A DNA stretch of 63,258 nt, the filler included, from Perkinsus chesapeaki ATCC PRA-425 (Eukaryota; Protista; Perkinsozoa): the NCBI GenBank assembly GCA_013115145.1. It is 5 parts of 5 records of this genome, joined end to end, with 100 filler letters (N's around TTAATTAATTAA, not from the genome) between each part and the next. Parts side by side here need not be neighbours in the genome. Positions count along the whole stretch, not along the records: positions 31,140 to 52,127 come from JAAPAO010000606.1; positions 52,228 to 59,148 come from JAAPAO010001053.1; 3 more parts are not named here. One strand, given 5' to 3'. The notes beneath the pieces were generated by a model, which had not been told where the DNA came from, ran no database searches, and was given only the letters and a program-made list of their open reading frames with translations. Shown here piece by piece: positions 46,902 through 59,248 of the stretch. Made by a program: the position numbers and the translations under genes. The number at the start of each line of letters is the position of its first letter. Positions within the stretch are counted from its first letter, which is position 1.

Positions 46902-48743
46902 CTCTAGAGCCGCTGTTGAATGTCTATAATGTCATTCTCCTCCTCCGACTCGCCACTTGCGAGTGCTAAGATATACCCTGCAGCTTCAGTGAGACGGATT
47001 TTCGCTTTTACAACATTCTTCGGTTTACTTACTCGTTCCAGCTTTGAAGTTCTCACCTCAAAATTAAACTAATATTGCTGCTCCAGCACTGACGCATGAT
47101 GGCGTGTTGGGGAGCCATCTACACCCAACAGTGTGTGATATACGACCAAAAGAGAGTTAGCTCCGATTCGCGGCTCCCGAACTCGCCATATCTTCGGTAC
47201 AAGTTGGTGTATCTTGCAGCACTGTTCGAATCAGTCAGAATGAAGAGTTAATGAACTATAGCTAAATTCAAATGTCACATCCTACTTCTCAGATAATCGT
47301 TATAAAGCCTCACACATTTCAGTCGAGAACCTTTCCTATGCTTAGTTATCTTTTGCGTGCCGGTTGAACCCGAAAGTACTGTATTTCATCAAGATTCCAT
47401 AAGTCGAAGCGTTCCTGTGCTGGCGAGCAAGTTAGCTCAGCGCCGGCGACTCACCGGTGTGTCCTCTTTTTGTCCCTAACTATGAAAGATCTCTGAGAGA
47501 TCATCTCTCCTACAGCTTCCATCATTTGCTTTCACTTCAGTTGGATCACAGGCGAGGTTGAACCTGAGAGGCTTTTCGTCGTACTAGCTCGTCTTGTAAA
47601 CGATCACGCATGTGGGCTCTGTCGGCTGGTTTCTGATAATTGTACCGGTGCGCCCGGCGCCGCCTGCGCCATCATACACAAAAAGGCACAGCTAATTTCC
47701 CTCGCCGAGTGTAGTCAGGTTTCAAAGCAACAACTTTGATCCATGATGTTGATACCTGCTGTATACGCAATCATCTACTCCACGGTCAGTAATATTATCC
47801 TCTTCGGTACAAGCGACTTCCTAACATATCCCAATTATGAAGGTGATGCCGCTACCCGTGCCCGCAATGAGCAGAAAGATTGCGACTTCTGTCGATACTG
47901 CGGTGCTGGTGATATTATTTCTAAGCCGCACATGATTGCTGTTTGTACAGCAATTCGTACAAAATGTGGCGATAGATGCGAAAAGTGTTGTTTCTAGTGG
48001 CCGAGCTGAGGTATGGATTAGTGAGTGAAACATACACGTCTAGCCTATCGAACATTTCCTCGAGTCTGCTGTAGTTTATACGGTGTAGACAAAGAGAAAC
48101 AGTTGTAGATAAGGCTTTCTTTACGTATAGCTTTGTTGTTATGTGGGTGTTGTCATTGCTTTTTGCGGTTCGCACCACGCCAGTTGAAACTTTCAACGTG
48201 AAAGTTAACCAACCTAATGCTCCAGTGGAGGTATGCTAGAGAAGCTCCATTATTCTTGTGTCTTACTGTGTCTAACTGGTACTCAATAAGGAAAGCTCTG
48301 TCTCTTCGTCCCTGAGTATTGTGTTCAGGCTGAACCTGCTGAGAGGCTTGTTTCAGTGCGTTGATTGGTAGATTATAGGGCCCCGGTAAACAGTGGCACG
48401 TTTTTGTCGTGTGTGATATGGGCGAACTGTAGGGTGATACTTGTTGTTGCTGTGCCCGGATTTCAACTTGTTGTTTGCTTGTACCTACTCGCATGTCCCA
48501 AAGGCGAGCTTGTTGGTGCAATGCTTGGGCACTTGTACGGTATGTTATCCGCCTAACCTATTAAGCCATAGTCTGCCTCAATGGACCAATGGTTGTATGG
48601 TATCATAGACTAACTTATCACTCTAGAGCTGCTGTTCAGTGTCTATAATGTCAGTACCCCCCTCCGACTCACCACCTATGAGGTCTAAGATATACTCTGC
48701 AGCTTCAGTAAGTCAGATTTCTGCTTTCGCAACATTTCTCGGT
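46902..48743 (+). repeat. Diverged ~120-bp dispersed direct repeat (46902-47024 and 48621-48743)
   Basis: Both read ctctagagc.gctgtt...tgtctataatgtca...ctccgactc...ctaagatatac.ctgcagcttcagt...caacatt...cggt. Confidence 0.8.
47743..47997 (+). CDS. Small secreted cysteine-rich peptide precursor (84 aa)
   Basis: ATG start, hydrophobic N-terminus, charged spacer, 8-Cys domain CDFCRYC...VCTAIRTKCGDRCEKCC; paralog-like to 529-786. Confidence 0.65.
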   Translation: MMLIPAVYAIIYSTVSNIILFGTSDFLTYPNYEGDAATRARNEQKDCDFCRYCGAGDIISKPHMIAVCTAIRTKCGDRCEKCCF

Positions 48744-49099
48744 GAACCCAGAATTCGATTGGGTTACTCGAGCTTTGAAGCTTTGAGCTTTACAGTGTGA
48801 AGTTTACACTGTCATATAACAATATGTCTCTGGCTCTGAGGCGCATGAATGCACAGTAACTTAAGCGACGAACCGATAACCCAGGATCATTCAAGCCTCG
48901 ATGCTTGGAGAGTTGCTCCTCCTATTCACGTTTCACAGGTTGCTCCGTGCGTTGATTTCTTGGTGGGCTCCACGCTCAAGGCGGCACTAAACGCCTATGT
49001 ATCGGATGTGGCAGGTTCTCCCACAGAAACCATGTGAGCTCGTTGAGTATGTGAAGAGTGCTATCGTCCTCTGACAGGCTATCCTCCTCGGGTTTCGAG

Positions 49100-51337
49100 A
49101 GGTCGAAATATCAAGAGTCTTGTGGAACACAAACAACACAGCGTGCTCGCAGGCCCGTACTTGCCGAGAAGCTGCGGGAGGAGGTTAAGGTAGGCAAGAA
49201 ACAGACTGAGCTGGTAGCTCCCTTGTTAAGCTTGAGGCTCACGAGTTTTTTTGCTCGATTACACACTCAGCTGGCATCGTGCCTCCAGTGCATATTTGCT
49301 TTCTAAGTACAATATATACATTACGAAATATAATAATAGAAATAGATTAAGAGTTGTCATTGTCAAATTAACGATGCAAGTTTCGTTGCATAAGAAACTC
49401 GGCCAGTATGATTCTGATATATCTTCAAAATCTCATCATCAAACTCTACGGTTTGCGAGAAAATCTCATTGAAAATTGGATGAGAAGTTATGGGACACCC
49501 TTTATTATTAGTAATTATATTAGATATATGATATTATGTAATTAGATAATGGGTATTATTCAATTAATAATTATTAGTTATAAATAATAATTACAAAGTT
49601 CATAGTCTGCTTGGCCCACCACTCAGCGAAAAATGTGACATGTATCTTGATTCTTGTCACACGTTATTAAGCGGTCATGATAGAGAAGATTGATTACGAT
49701 TGACTGTAGAGACTAACCGAGGATCGTTCCGCACTAATGCGTCGTAACGAGCGGTTTAGCGATGAAGTCAGACGGCTCCGGGAGAGAATATGCTATCTCG
49801 AGAAACAAGTAAAACGGAGTTTATCACCAAAAAGCAAAGGTATTTGTTCTTGCGATGAGCCAATGTCGGTCCTTCGATGGAAAGGTGACTCGTCACGATG
49901 CTACGAGACGAGTTGCAGCTCTCTGCAGTCTCTGGACTTCCATGCGAAAGAACTTGAGTACAAATCGAAGCTAGCAAAGCTAGAAAAGGAATTAGGGGCA
50001 GAAAAAATGTAAGGCGATTGTACAGAGCGGTACGGCGTAAATCTGTAGGCATTCAAGCTCGTTGAGGAGGGAACTTACGGAGGTGCGAAAAGAAGCTGAA
50101 GAGTGGGCGAAAGAGGTATAGAACGTAAATCACGAATTTTCACAACTAGTAGTCGTTAATCCATGGTCGTAGGTGTAATTGATTAAGAATAATAAATACC
50201 GTAGTTGATAGCCTAGCTCAGTCTCAATGAGACTGTCTCATCGAGCTAAATGATCTTAACTGAAGCCATATTGGCTATCAGACTGATACAGGGTATCCCA
50301 ACCCAATCGAATATCATCATGGGCCGTATACCGTTAGGAAGTCACTCTCGAGGGATTTCAAACATCGCACGTGCCATCGAAATATCCGCCCTCCTGAGGA
50401 AGTTATTCAAAAAAGCACATTTTTGCGACACCCTATAGGATAAAGTACTTTCGCTCAAATGCTCTTGAGCAGCGTTAAAGAGCAGTGAGTCTCCGCTCAG
50501 CAGTTCCTTACATATTGCAATCTATGGGTATCATCTATGATGCACTGTTGTTGAGCGAAGTTGACTGAAGGTTTTACCTTAATCGGTCGCTTCAGGCGAG
50601 GAGATCTCGCAGAACAGCTCGAGCTAGAAGCAGAGACTGTGAGGCTAACCGTCCGAGTATAGAACGGCATGAAAGAGAATTACATGACATAACAACTGAT
50701 AGGTGAGAACCCTATAGCTCGTCTGAGACGAGTCGTCTCTAGGCTTGCGAAGCTCGAGCTTAGTCGATAGCGCTACATAAAATAAATAGGCAACAGGTGT
50801 ATTAAAATCACAACACAGTATAAGTTACATTCCTTCGCCCTAAAGACGACGCCTTTCTCCGCGGGAGAGTTTCTGTGGACGGACTAGACCTGCAACCGCT
50901 GCAGATTCGGCCGCCCCGTCTCCGTCGCTGCTACGTCTACTAGAAGTAAAGCACAGATCAGCGAGCAAGACGCGAATATAAAGGTATACGTGCTCGCTCC
51001 CTAATCGGCTGTTTCATATCCTTTTCCATAGGTTTTAAAAGAAGTCCTCAGGGGGCACCAAAGCGAGATAAGACGATTGCGAACTGAGCTGAAGAGGCAA
51101 GACATATCCAATTCTATAGACTAGCTCCGTTCCATGTGCGGTAGATACCATGCAATGTACAGTCACCACCCGAACGGTGGTGTCCCGTCATCACAAGCAC
51201 CCCCTTCGGAACGATTTCTTGGTCCATATGAAGGCCGAGAAGACTATTACATGTCACGAGTCCACTATGCCAAACAGCTCGCCGGAGACTACTTTAGTCT
51301 CCCCCCTATAAATCGAGCAGGAGTCCCCCGATCTTAA
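49100..51337 (+). pseudogene. Decayed multi-exon coiled-coil protein gene
   Basis: Coiled-coil exons (EKLREEVK, KELEYKSKLAKLEKEL, RRELTEVRKEAEEWAKE) with splice-like ends but in-frame stops, e.g. TAG 51122-51124 in ...DISNSID*LRSMCGRYH. Confidence 0.55.
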
Positions 51338-52227
51338 AAACCTTCTTTGAAGGACCGCGGCACCGATGGCACCCTAGAGAATGCCTGGGATAACGAACTT
51401 GGTGGCTAGCTCGGTCGCTCGTTGGCAGGCGTGCGGAGGGCGGACTGCGCCAGCGGGCTAGGACCCTGTGTAACATGATCATACTTATTGCTTACTGTGC
51501 TCTGTCTCTCTCTTGCGTTCAACAGTATAACAGTGCCACTGGCTCACGAGGGAGATGCAGACTTTTCTATAAACCAGAAGAACTCCTTATGTCGGATTTA
51601 AGTGACGTGAATTACCTGAGGCGATTCACCTCTCTTTGTGTTGCTGTGTGTGCTAGACGGTAACCTCCTTTTAAGCGTGAAGCTCCAACTACGGGACAGC
51701 GAAGCTCAGCCGAATAGGTCAGCACGGTAACAAACGTCGCTATGGAACACTGCAAGAAGCATTTAGCCAGTGATGCTGTACTTGGCTCTCGTTGAACGTA
51801 TAGTTAACGATTTGATAACGCACTGGCATAAAACTTGTGGAATAAAGATATATCCAGCAAAGTTTATGCGTCTATTCATATCTACACTAAGCTTAGCTTG
51901 AAGCAAAATCGATTCGCTGCTCAACAATCCAACGAAGGGAAGGAAGAAGGGAGATCATTGAGCAACAAGCCATTAACCCTTAAACATTGACCCAAAAACT
52001 GTGAACCCGAAACCCGAACCCGGAAACGAAGCGTAAGTCTTTCGGTTCGTGAGAGTCGACTAGCTTTGATGTAAGGATCTTGACTGAGACTGTCATAGGA
52101 GTGAGTTCCGAGACGCCGGGGGTCAACNNNNNNNNNNNNNNNNNNNNNNNNNNNNNNNNNNNNNNNNNNNNTTAATTAATTAANNNNNNNNNNNNNNNNN
52201 NNNNNNNNNNNNNNNNNNNNNNNNNNN

Positions 52228-52437
52228 AGCCAGCATAAAGACGACATCCATAACACCAAAGAATGTAGTGGGATAGGCAAACTCGGGACCCTTGAGGAGA
52301 GAAGCTGCAGAAGAGATCGATTTACGAGTGGCATGGACCATAACGTAAACGAGGAACGTCAACAAGAAAGCCAATAGTTGATAAAACAACCGCGGCTTTG
52401 GGACCAAGTGGGCGACGTTTAGAGGGAAGGCTGCCAT
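52228..52437 (-). CDS. MFS OPA/SLC37-like transporter, 5' part (truncated by gap)
   Basis: VPKPRLFYQLLAFLLTFLVYVMVHATRKSISSAA...YPTTFFGVMDVVFM closely matches the N-terminus of the 53492-54931 protein. Confidence 0.85.
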
Positions 52438-53491
52438 TGACTGGGGTATACAACAATATTCAACGGTAACCTACGGAAGATTAGCAAGCTAACCCCAGTT
52501 CGTTCTCGTGGCTTCACTTGAACAGATTGAGTAACTGAATCTCGGTACACTAAGAGGTTAAGAGCAAGGTGGTTCCTTCCTTATTCTCACGAAAGAGTCA
52601 TTGAGCTATGGGCGTGCGGCTGGGATAATTCTTATAGAATCGGCTTAAAAAGATGTCACTCCTCGCAAGAGTGCCTAGGCCTCTGCGCATGCGTGCAGAT
52701 CAGAAAAGCCCAGAATAACGCCTAAAATGCCAATACCCCACCAAGCGTACCCTCTTCAAAAGTTAATCAAGAGGATGAATGATCAGATCTACTTGTTATA
52801 GGCTTCATTGCACAGACCATAAGACGACCCAAAAATTCGAGTCGGTAAGTTGTACGCCACGGCGCGAAGGAATTGCACATGCGTGCCGAGAAGAAATGCA
52901 CCCAATACAATGCAAAAAATGATAGTCGGTTGTGCCGCTGGGAGCAATATAGAGACCGCTCCCTCGATGGTACTATAAATAGATATACGAAACTCTCTTT
53001 TTCGAAATATGCTCCTTCTCGATGCGATGACGAAGCCAATGGTTTCTTAGTGGCAAGTCACCACTGCCCTTTACATCCAACATACGCTTGCGGGACGGAA
53101 GCCTCAGATATCCAAGGGCTCGGCTAGGTTCGAAATATAGGCCCTCAAGCTAGGGAAATTAAGTGGTATTTCTTTCACAAGTCCGTCCAGACCTTAACAT
53201 TTCACAAATGGAATGATACAAGACACTATTCACGATTCCCGGGGCTCTCACTGTTTCTCACACACTGCCCCATCCAAATGCCAACTAAAGCGATAATGCA
53301 TTACCCTTGTGCGAACTCATTCTCCCCACTAGTGGATTGAACGGTTGAACACAACACGTCGGGGAACTACCGATGGAGACGTTTAGAGTAATAATAAAAG
53401 AAAGGAGTAAGTCGTTGAAATGTGGCAACTTGTCGGTTATTTACAATTCCAGCCTAATAAAATGCAGGCCGTAGAAATGAAGAAAAGAGCC

Positions 53492-54931
53492 TCACTGAGG
53501 AGCAGTCTCGTGTACCGTCTTCGGTTGATTTCCCTGCTTAAAACTTCGCAAAAAGCCCCTACTTTCCTTGAATGCTCGCGTGGCCAGAAGCACACAGGAG
53601 AGACCAAGAGCCACGGGCAAGAGTATGAATACACCGTCCCAACTGTAAGTAGCTATCCAAGATACTAAACCTTGTTGGATAGCTGCACCACATGCACCAG
53701 TACCATCAATGATACCCGTCACTTGACTGACCGCAGCACGATTGCCTTTAAGAGAATCCTGACGACTTAAATCAGTGCAGACAACGCTACCAACCATGTT
53801 AGATGAGCCGCCTACAAGGAAGCCGGATAAGAGCAACATAGTGCTCAGATACCCGACACTAGGGTCGTCAACATGCATTAGACCAACAGGAACCAAAGCA
53901 AGCAGAATAAAGGCGAAGAGTGCTGGAGTCCGTCCCGATCCAGGAACACGAGCCATATAGTCCGACACCCAACCGCAGCCAATGCAACCGAAGACTGTGC
54001 CAATATTATACAGCATGTCAAACAAGTTGGCCTTCTCTGGGGGAATGTCAGCGTGCTCATTCAAGTAGAGCGGTAACCAGAAGAACATGGCATAATTGAC
54101 CCCCTTAACACAAGCATAGGTTAAAGCAAATATGAGCACACCGGGAATGAGCCAGGCCCGCCAGAACTTTAGTGGTTGCTCATTCGTATCTTCCACCACC
54201 TCAACATCATCACAACATATCTCGGTATCGTCACTGTCTCCAATAGAAGGCTTTTTCGGCAGTGGCTTGCCAATAGAGATCAGTGCTGCATCCAGACTGG
54301 GCGGCAGCAAAAAGTACGTAAGGAGCGTGGCCACAACCGTGATCAATGATGGGGCTATAAATGTAGCGGAGATGACAGTCTTGCCGGTTTCACCGAATAT
54401 TATTATCATAAGAGTTGCTAGACTAGAGCCAACAATATTGCCGATAGCTGAATTGGTGGCCCAGAAGCCGAACACTAAACCTGAGTGAAGCTGGCTGAAA
54501 TAGTCTCCCATTACTTTCACCAAAACCGGCCAAATAGCGGACTGAGCTGCGCCGTTGAGACCGTTTAAAATATAGTAGAGATAGTGAAAGCCTTTCGCAG
54601 TAAAGTGAACGATGAGGATCCCACACACCGACTGGACAGCCGCGGCAGCGGTGACAAAAAACAAAACAACCAACATTGGGTTGAACATGTCTCCGAGGAT
54701 ACCCGTGAACAGCATTGCGATAGCGTACGATATCATAAATACAACATCCATAGCACCGAAGAAAGTTGTTGGGTATCCGAACTCATCAGCCTTCAATAAC
54801 GGCGCCGCGCTCGAGATAGACTTCCGCATAGCGTGGACCATAACATACACCAAGAACGTGAGAACGAACGCCAGGCATTGGTAGAAGGTAGCTGGTTTGG
54901 GAACGATACGGGAAAAATTGACAAGTACCAT
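53492..54931 (-). CDS. MFS organophosphate:Pi antiporter (SLC37/GlpT-like), intronless
   Basis: About 12 TM segments; YVMVHAMRK, GILGD, YACVKGVNYAMFFWLPLYL, GWVSD, VTGIIDGTGACGA; likely ATG at 54931. Confidence 0.9.
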   Translation of the reverse strand: MVLVNFSRIVPKPATFYQCLAFVLTFLVYVMVHAMRKSISSAAPLLKADEFGYPTTFFGAMDVVFMISYAIAMLFTGILGDMFNPMLVVLFFVTAAAAVQSVCGILIVHFTAKGFHYLYYILNGLNGAAQSAIWPVLVKVMGDYFSQLHSGLVFGFWATNSAIGNIVGSSLATLMIIIFGETGKTVISATFIAPSLITVVATLLTYFLLPPSLDAALISIGKPLPKKPSIGDSDDTEICCDDVEVVEDTNEQPLKFWRAWLIPGVLIFALTYACVKGVNYAMFFWLPLYLNEHADIPPEKANLFDMLYNIGTVFGCIGCGWVSDYMARVPGSGRTPALFAFILLALVPVGLMHVDDPSVGYLSTMLLLSGFLVGGSSNMVGSVVCTDLSRQDSLKGNRAAVSQVTGIIDGTGACGAAIQQGLVSWIATYSWDGVFILLPVALGLSCVLLATRAFKESRGFLRSFKQGNQPKTVHETAPQ

Positions 54932-55333
54932 GGCGGCTGGTAGTATGCTGTGTGAGACTGGAGACGTTACTGACGCTAGGAGATTGACTTCGGCGGCCAC
55001 ACAACGCTGCTAGCGAGCTAATGAACACGAATCCTAGGCAAGCTTGAGTGTGTAGAGAGATGGGCAGTCTTGTCTCATAAAATATTAAACACTGTAAAAG
55101 CTGTTTCACCCACCACTCGTGTAACATGAGTCGTGGTTGCACTGTCATACACTCGGGGACGCAGGAGAAAGATCGGGCGCATTTTGTCTCTGCCGGGACA
55201 GAACCTTGTGCAACTTCGAATATCCCGTTCATGAGCGGATAATGGCAAACAGTCAGCTGATATCTCTAGCTCTTATTATGCACTTCAATGTTGAAACTCA
55301 ACAGTACGAAAGGCAACAGCAGGAAGCACAGCT

Positions 55334-57510
55334 CTAGCCGGGGCCGAGTGTTCTCAATAGTTTCCAAAAATAATTTTCATTATCTGCATGTGGATTATAA
55401 CACCACGTCTCGGTTGAGACGGCAAATCGCAACATCGCTCCGATGCCAACTAGCATGACTGTTAGAATGCTCATTACGAGACAGAAGAGGTATATGTATC
55501 TGCCAGAGGCACAACTGCGCAACCTCGACTACTCGGCGGCTTCACCTGTTTATATAACTGCCCAGCTGTGCGCACTCGGGCTCGTCAAAAAACAAGGAAG
55601 GCTCATTGGACGGGCCCCAGGAACAGAACTGTTTCGCTTCGTATCCGAGGGAAGTATTAGTTCGAAACGCTGCGTACGGGTCGTCCGGGTTCTCAGATTT
55701 CCTAGCGGACAAATGGAACCATCTCGATCAACAACGCTCACAGGATTTGACTGAGCGGTTGCTGGTTACGAAAGTTCGGTGGTATGCAGGTCTCCACGGT
55801 TGTTGTTGAGATAGATTCATCACACGGCAGGACGGACATCGCGGCCCCCTCAATCTGACAGTGTGCCGGAGGGTAGCGGAGCGAGACGTAGTGGCACCTT
55901 AGGAAGGTTGAGATTATCAATCTTGTTGTCTAGTCGCTTAGCTGCAGCCTCATTTGTACTGGCATCCCCGACGTACAGACAACGGCAGTATACATCCTAC
56001 AACGCATTCACGCCGACACAAGAACTGTCTCCTCCGAACGGGAGATGCTCCTCAAAACCTTACGCGGAACATTTTCTGACCAGGTATGTCGATACCGTAG
56101 TAGGGGCAGGTTTGGTCGAACTGCGCGCTGGCTTTATACAAGAAGTTGCTGTCGGCCGAGTCAAACACAACCCTTATCCGATTTACGTCGGTATCCTGAG
56201 ATCAGGTCTAGTTGCTGACCTAATAACACCACGGCTACCATGCAGTCGTGGTGCAGCACCCAGCATCTTTGGCATCTCGTGGGATAGACAACCCTCACAT
56301 CAAAGCGGCCACTGAACATAGATTTGTAAGCAGGAGAGTTACACTGTCGCAGATGCTCTTCAGTGTCGACTTGGTGAGGCAGACCAGACCCTCTACAGTA
56401 TCCGCTGAAGTAGTATCTGGACGGCCCCTTGCTGGCGGATGAAACGGGCGGACCTATCTGCAGTTGACGAGCTGGTTGTAAACGCAATCGTCCTGGAAAT
56501 TGATGCAGTTATGCGTTCTCGCTGTAACGCCAAAACACTCCCTCAACACAGAGACCTATCAGACCCTGATGAGGCGGAAGTGTGGTATAGGGATCTTACT
56601 CTAACAAGAAGGCCCACTACCAGCGCCGCCACAATGACCAGGATAACGCGCGCTAGCCAGGGACCGTGCTTGCAAAGCCCTCCGAGGAAACTGACCTAAA
56701 AACACCTCGTCGGAGATGCCAGGAGGAGGAGGAAGGATCACCCGCCACGTCATCTGGTCAAGATCGAGTTCCGCCACGGGGAGATTCGAGAAGAATTTGA
56801 AACCAAAGCTCATAAGGAAACAAATGATAACAAGTAGGGCATAGAAGGTGGCAACGGCAAACATCCACGCTTGAAGGGAGCTGATCTGAAGGCGGTGATG
56901 CGCCACAACGGCATTGTGTTTGGGTACAGCGCCGGCGCCGCAGGAGGTGTCCAAAATAGTAGATACGCCGCCGAAGCCTGAGCTCTCGCACTGCCAAGTT
57001 TTACGGAAGTAGCGGGCGAATGTCCAGAAGGAACGGGCGTTCTGAATTGTTAGGTTCGTTGAGGAGAGAGCGGTATGAGCAGTTTACGACGAATGGAGGA
57101 TCTCGGGTGTAGAACTTAAGGAGCTCCCCCTCCACAGTGGTGTCAGTAGATTGGATGCAATCGCCTAGCATGTCATCTGGGCCAAAACCGGTATGCATAC
57201 GAAAAGGAAAATATAGGAAGAGGAACAGGCCTGAAAAAATGTATCTTAGGTTGAACCATGCAAGATACCAAAAAAGTCTTGTCGCTGCGTAGGGGCATTA
57301 CCCACCGATGATCGAAACGCTCATCTTGAGCTTGAAAAACGATGCTAGCCGGAAGCTCGAGCGCCTCCTTTTAAAATGCAAGACTTGGTTGCCAACAAAT
57401 CCAGTGAAGAACTTCACCACAGAACCTGTAGTGTAATCCTCAGTCTGACTATCGCCACATCTACCTATCAGCGGCAATCGGTGCACAGAAGAAGCTTCCT
57501 TCGGCATGAG
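55334..57510 (-). CDS. Probable multi-exon membrane protein of unknown function
   Basis: Exon-like pieces with TM segments (AWMFAVATFYALLVIICFLMSF; VILVIVAALVVGLLV; IYLFCLVMSILTVMLVGIGAML) and splice-like borders; full chain not resolved. Confidence 0.4.
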
Positions 57511-57823
57511 TAGAACGTTTACCGCCTTTCAGAGGTGAGGCTGGATGAGCAATAGAAAGCAACTATCAGACCTTCCCTTATAGGCCTTCTGCATATAGAC
57601 TCTCGGTGCAATATCGCCCTCATCATTGGAGACTATAAGCATTCAGGTTCAAGTCCTGCCGTATCGCCTCACTGAAGTGAAATCAGAGTTCGAGTATAAT
57701 AGCTTTACTAGAGCCCTTGCGTTATCGACAATCTACTCCAGCTCGACTGGAAGGCCATCATTTCCCACTTTAACAACACAACAGCTGTCTCCTATGAGAC
57801 GATCCAATAATTATAAATACTCT

Positions 57824-59148
57824 TCACTGCTGTTGTCGTTGTTGTTGCTGCTGTTGTGCGTAGTAAGCCGAGCACTTAGCCGCATACTCAGCCATCTGTT
57901 TCTGATAGGTAGCCAACGCCGCAGCATACTCCTCAAGTGAAGAAGTGGCCCTCACTGCCTGGCCAGCAAACGGCGGCCCAGCGCCTTGAGTCTGTTGTTG
58001 AGCATATGGATTTGCCTGCCCTGCAGCAGCAGCAGCAGTAGCGGTATGGCCAGCACTACTGCTAGCTCCACCGTAGATGCCCATCCCTGCCGTCGTAGAT
58101 GACTGCTGCTGTCGAGCGGCCTGCTGTTGAGGGGGATAGTAACCTGTGGTCACCGGTAAGGATGTCTGCCCAGCATTGTGAGCAAACTGTGTTGCTGCTG
58201 GCACAGGGGCAGCATGTCTTCCGAAACTCATGTTAGCCTGTTGTTGTTGTTGTTGCCTTACAGCTTGTTGACCATAATAACTTGCTGCAGCCGACATCTG
58301 AGCTGCTCTAGAAGCCATATCTGCACCGCTGGCTGCTGCCCCAGCAGCAGCGGTGGTGGGATAGGTGGGTCGAGCTTGCGGCACTGCTGCAGTCGCCGTG
58401 GCCATCGAATAGGGCGCCGCTGACTGGTTTGCCATAAGGCCATGGGGAGGCCACTGGGGCGTTAGAGTCGACCTAAAGATACCACTAGTCCCACCTCTTT
58501 GTGTGAAAGACCACTCACCCTGGAGCTCCATACACTGGTCTAGGCTGCTGCTGCTGTTGCTGAGCCGGTTGATGCTGTGCTGGTAGCATGTGCCCGGAGG
58601 AAGCAGGAGGAACAGCATGCCTGGAAGAAATAATGAAAACTGAGCGGAGCGAAGCATTTTAGCTACTGTTGTTGTTGTTGAAGAGGTGTAGGATACTGAG
58701 CCATTTGCTGAGGATATCCCGGTGCTGGAGTACTGTACTGCCTGTAAGCAAAAACGACAAGCGTGCGACAATATAACGGCGGAGCATTGCAAATTAACCT
58801 CACCTTGCCGGTGTCGCATGCTGTTGCTGATGGTGCGGCTGCTGGAATGGACTCTCCCTCCTCGGCATCGATGACACATGGCCGGCCTGATATTGCTGTT
58901 GCTGCTGCTGCTGCTGTTGAGGCCGACCGTATCCAGACGATGGAGGCGTGGGATTCGCCGAAGCCGACAATCTGACCGACACTACGGGATCGACAACTGA
59001 ATGAGCGTGAAGTATAAACGACCACTTCAGGTCTGGAAGGTCAAGGGAAGATGCTGCAGCAAACTATTCCTCAGCATGATGCGTCGCACTGCGCATAAAT
59101 TGTGCAATATCTTTGGGCGAGCGATACTTGAAGAGATATCTAATGCAT
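57824..59148 (-). CDS. Gln/Ala/Tyr-rich low-complexity protein, 3' part (multi-exon; 5' end lost at gap)
   Basis: Poly-Q/poly-A tracts, GYYPPQQQ, ending EEYAAALATYQKQMAEYAAKCSAYYAQQQQ*; splice sites near 58790 and 58725. Confidence 0.6.
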
Positions 59149-59248
59149 NNNNNNNNNNNNNNNNNNNNNNNNNNNNNNNNNNNNNNNNNNNNTTAATTAA
59201 TTAANNNNNNNNNNNNNNNNNNNNNNNNNNNNNNNNNNNNNNNNNNNN

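Noticed and set aside
51122-51124. In-frame TAG as evidence for stop-codon reassignment
   Set aside because: Intact genes in the window end normally at TAG/TAA/TGA, so a pseudogene is the simpler explanation
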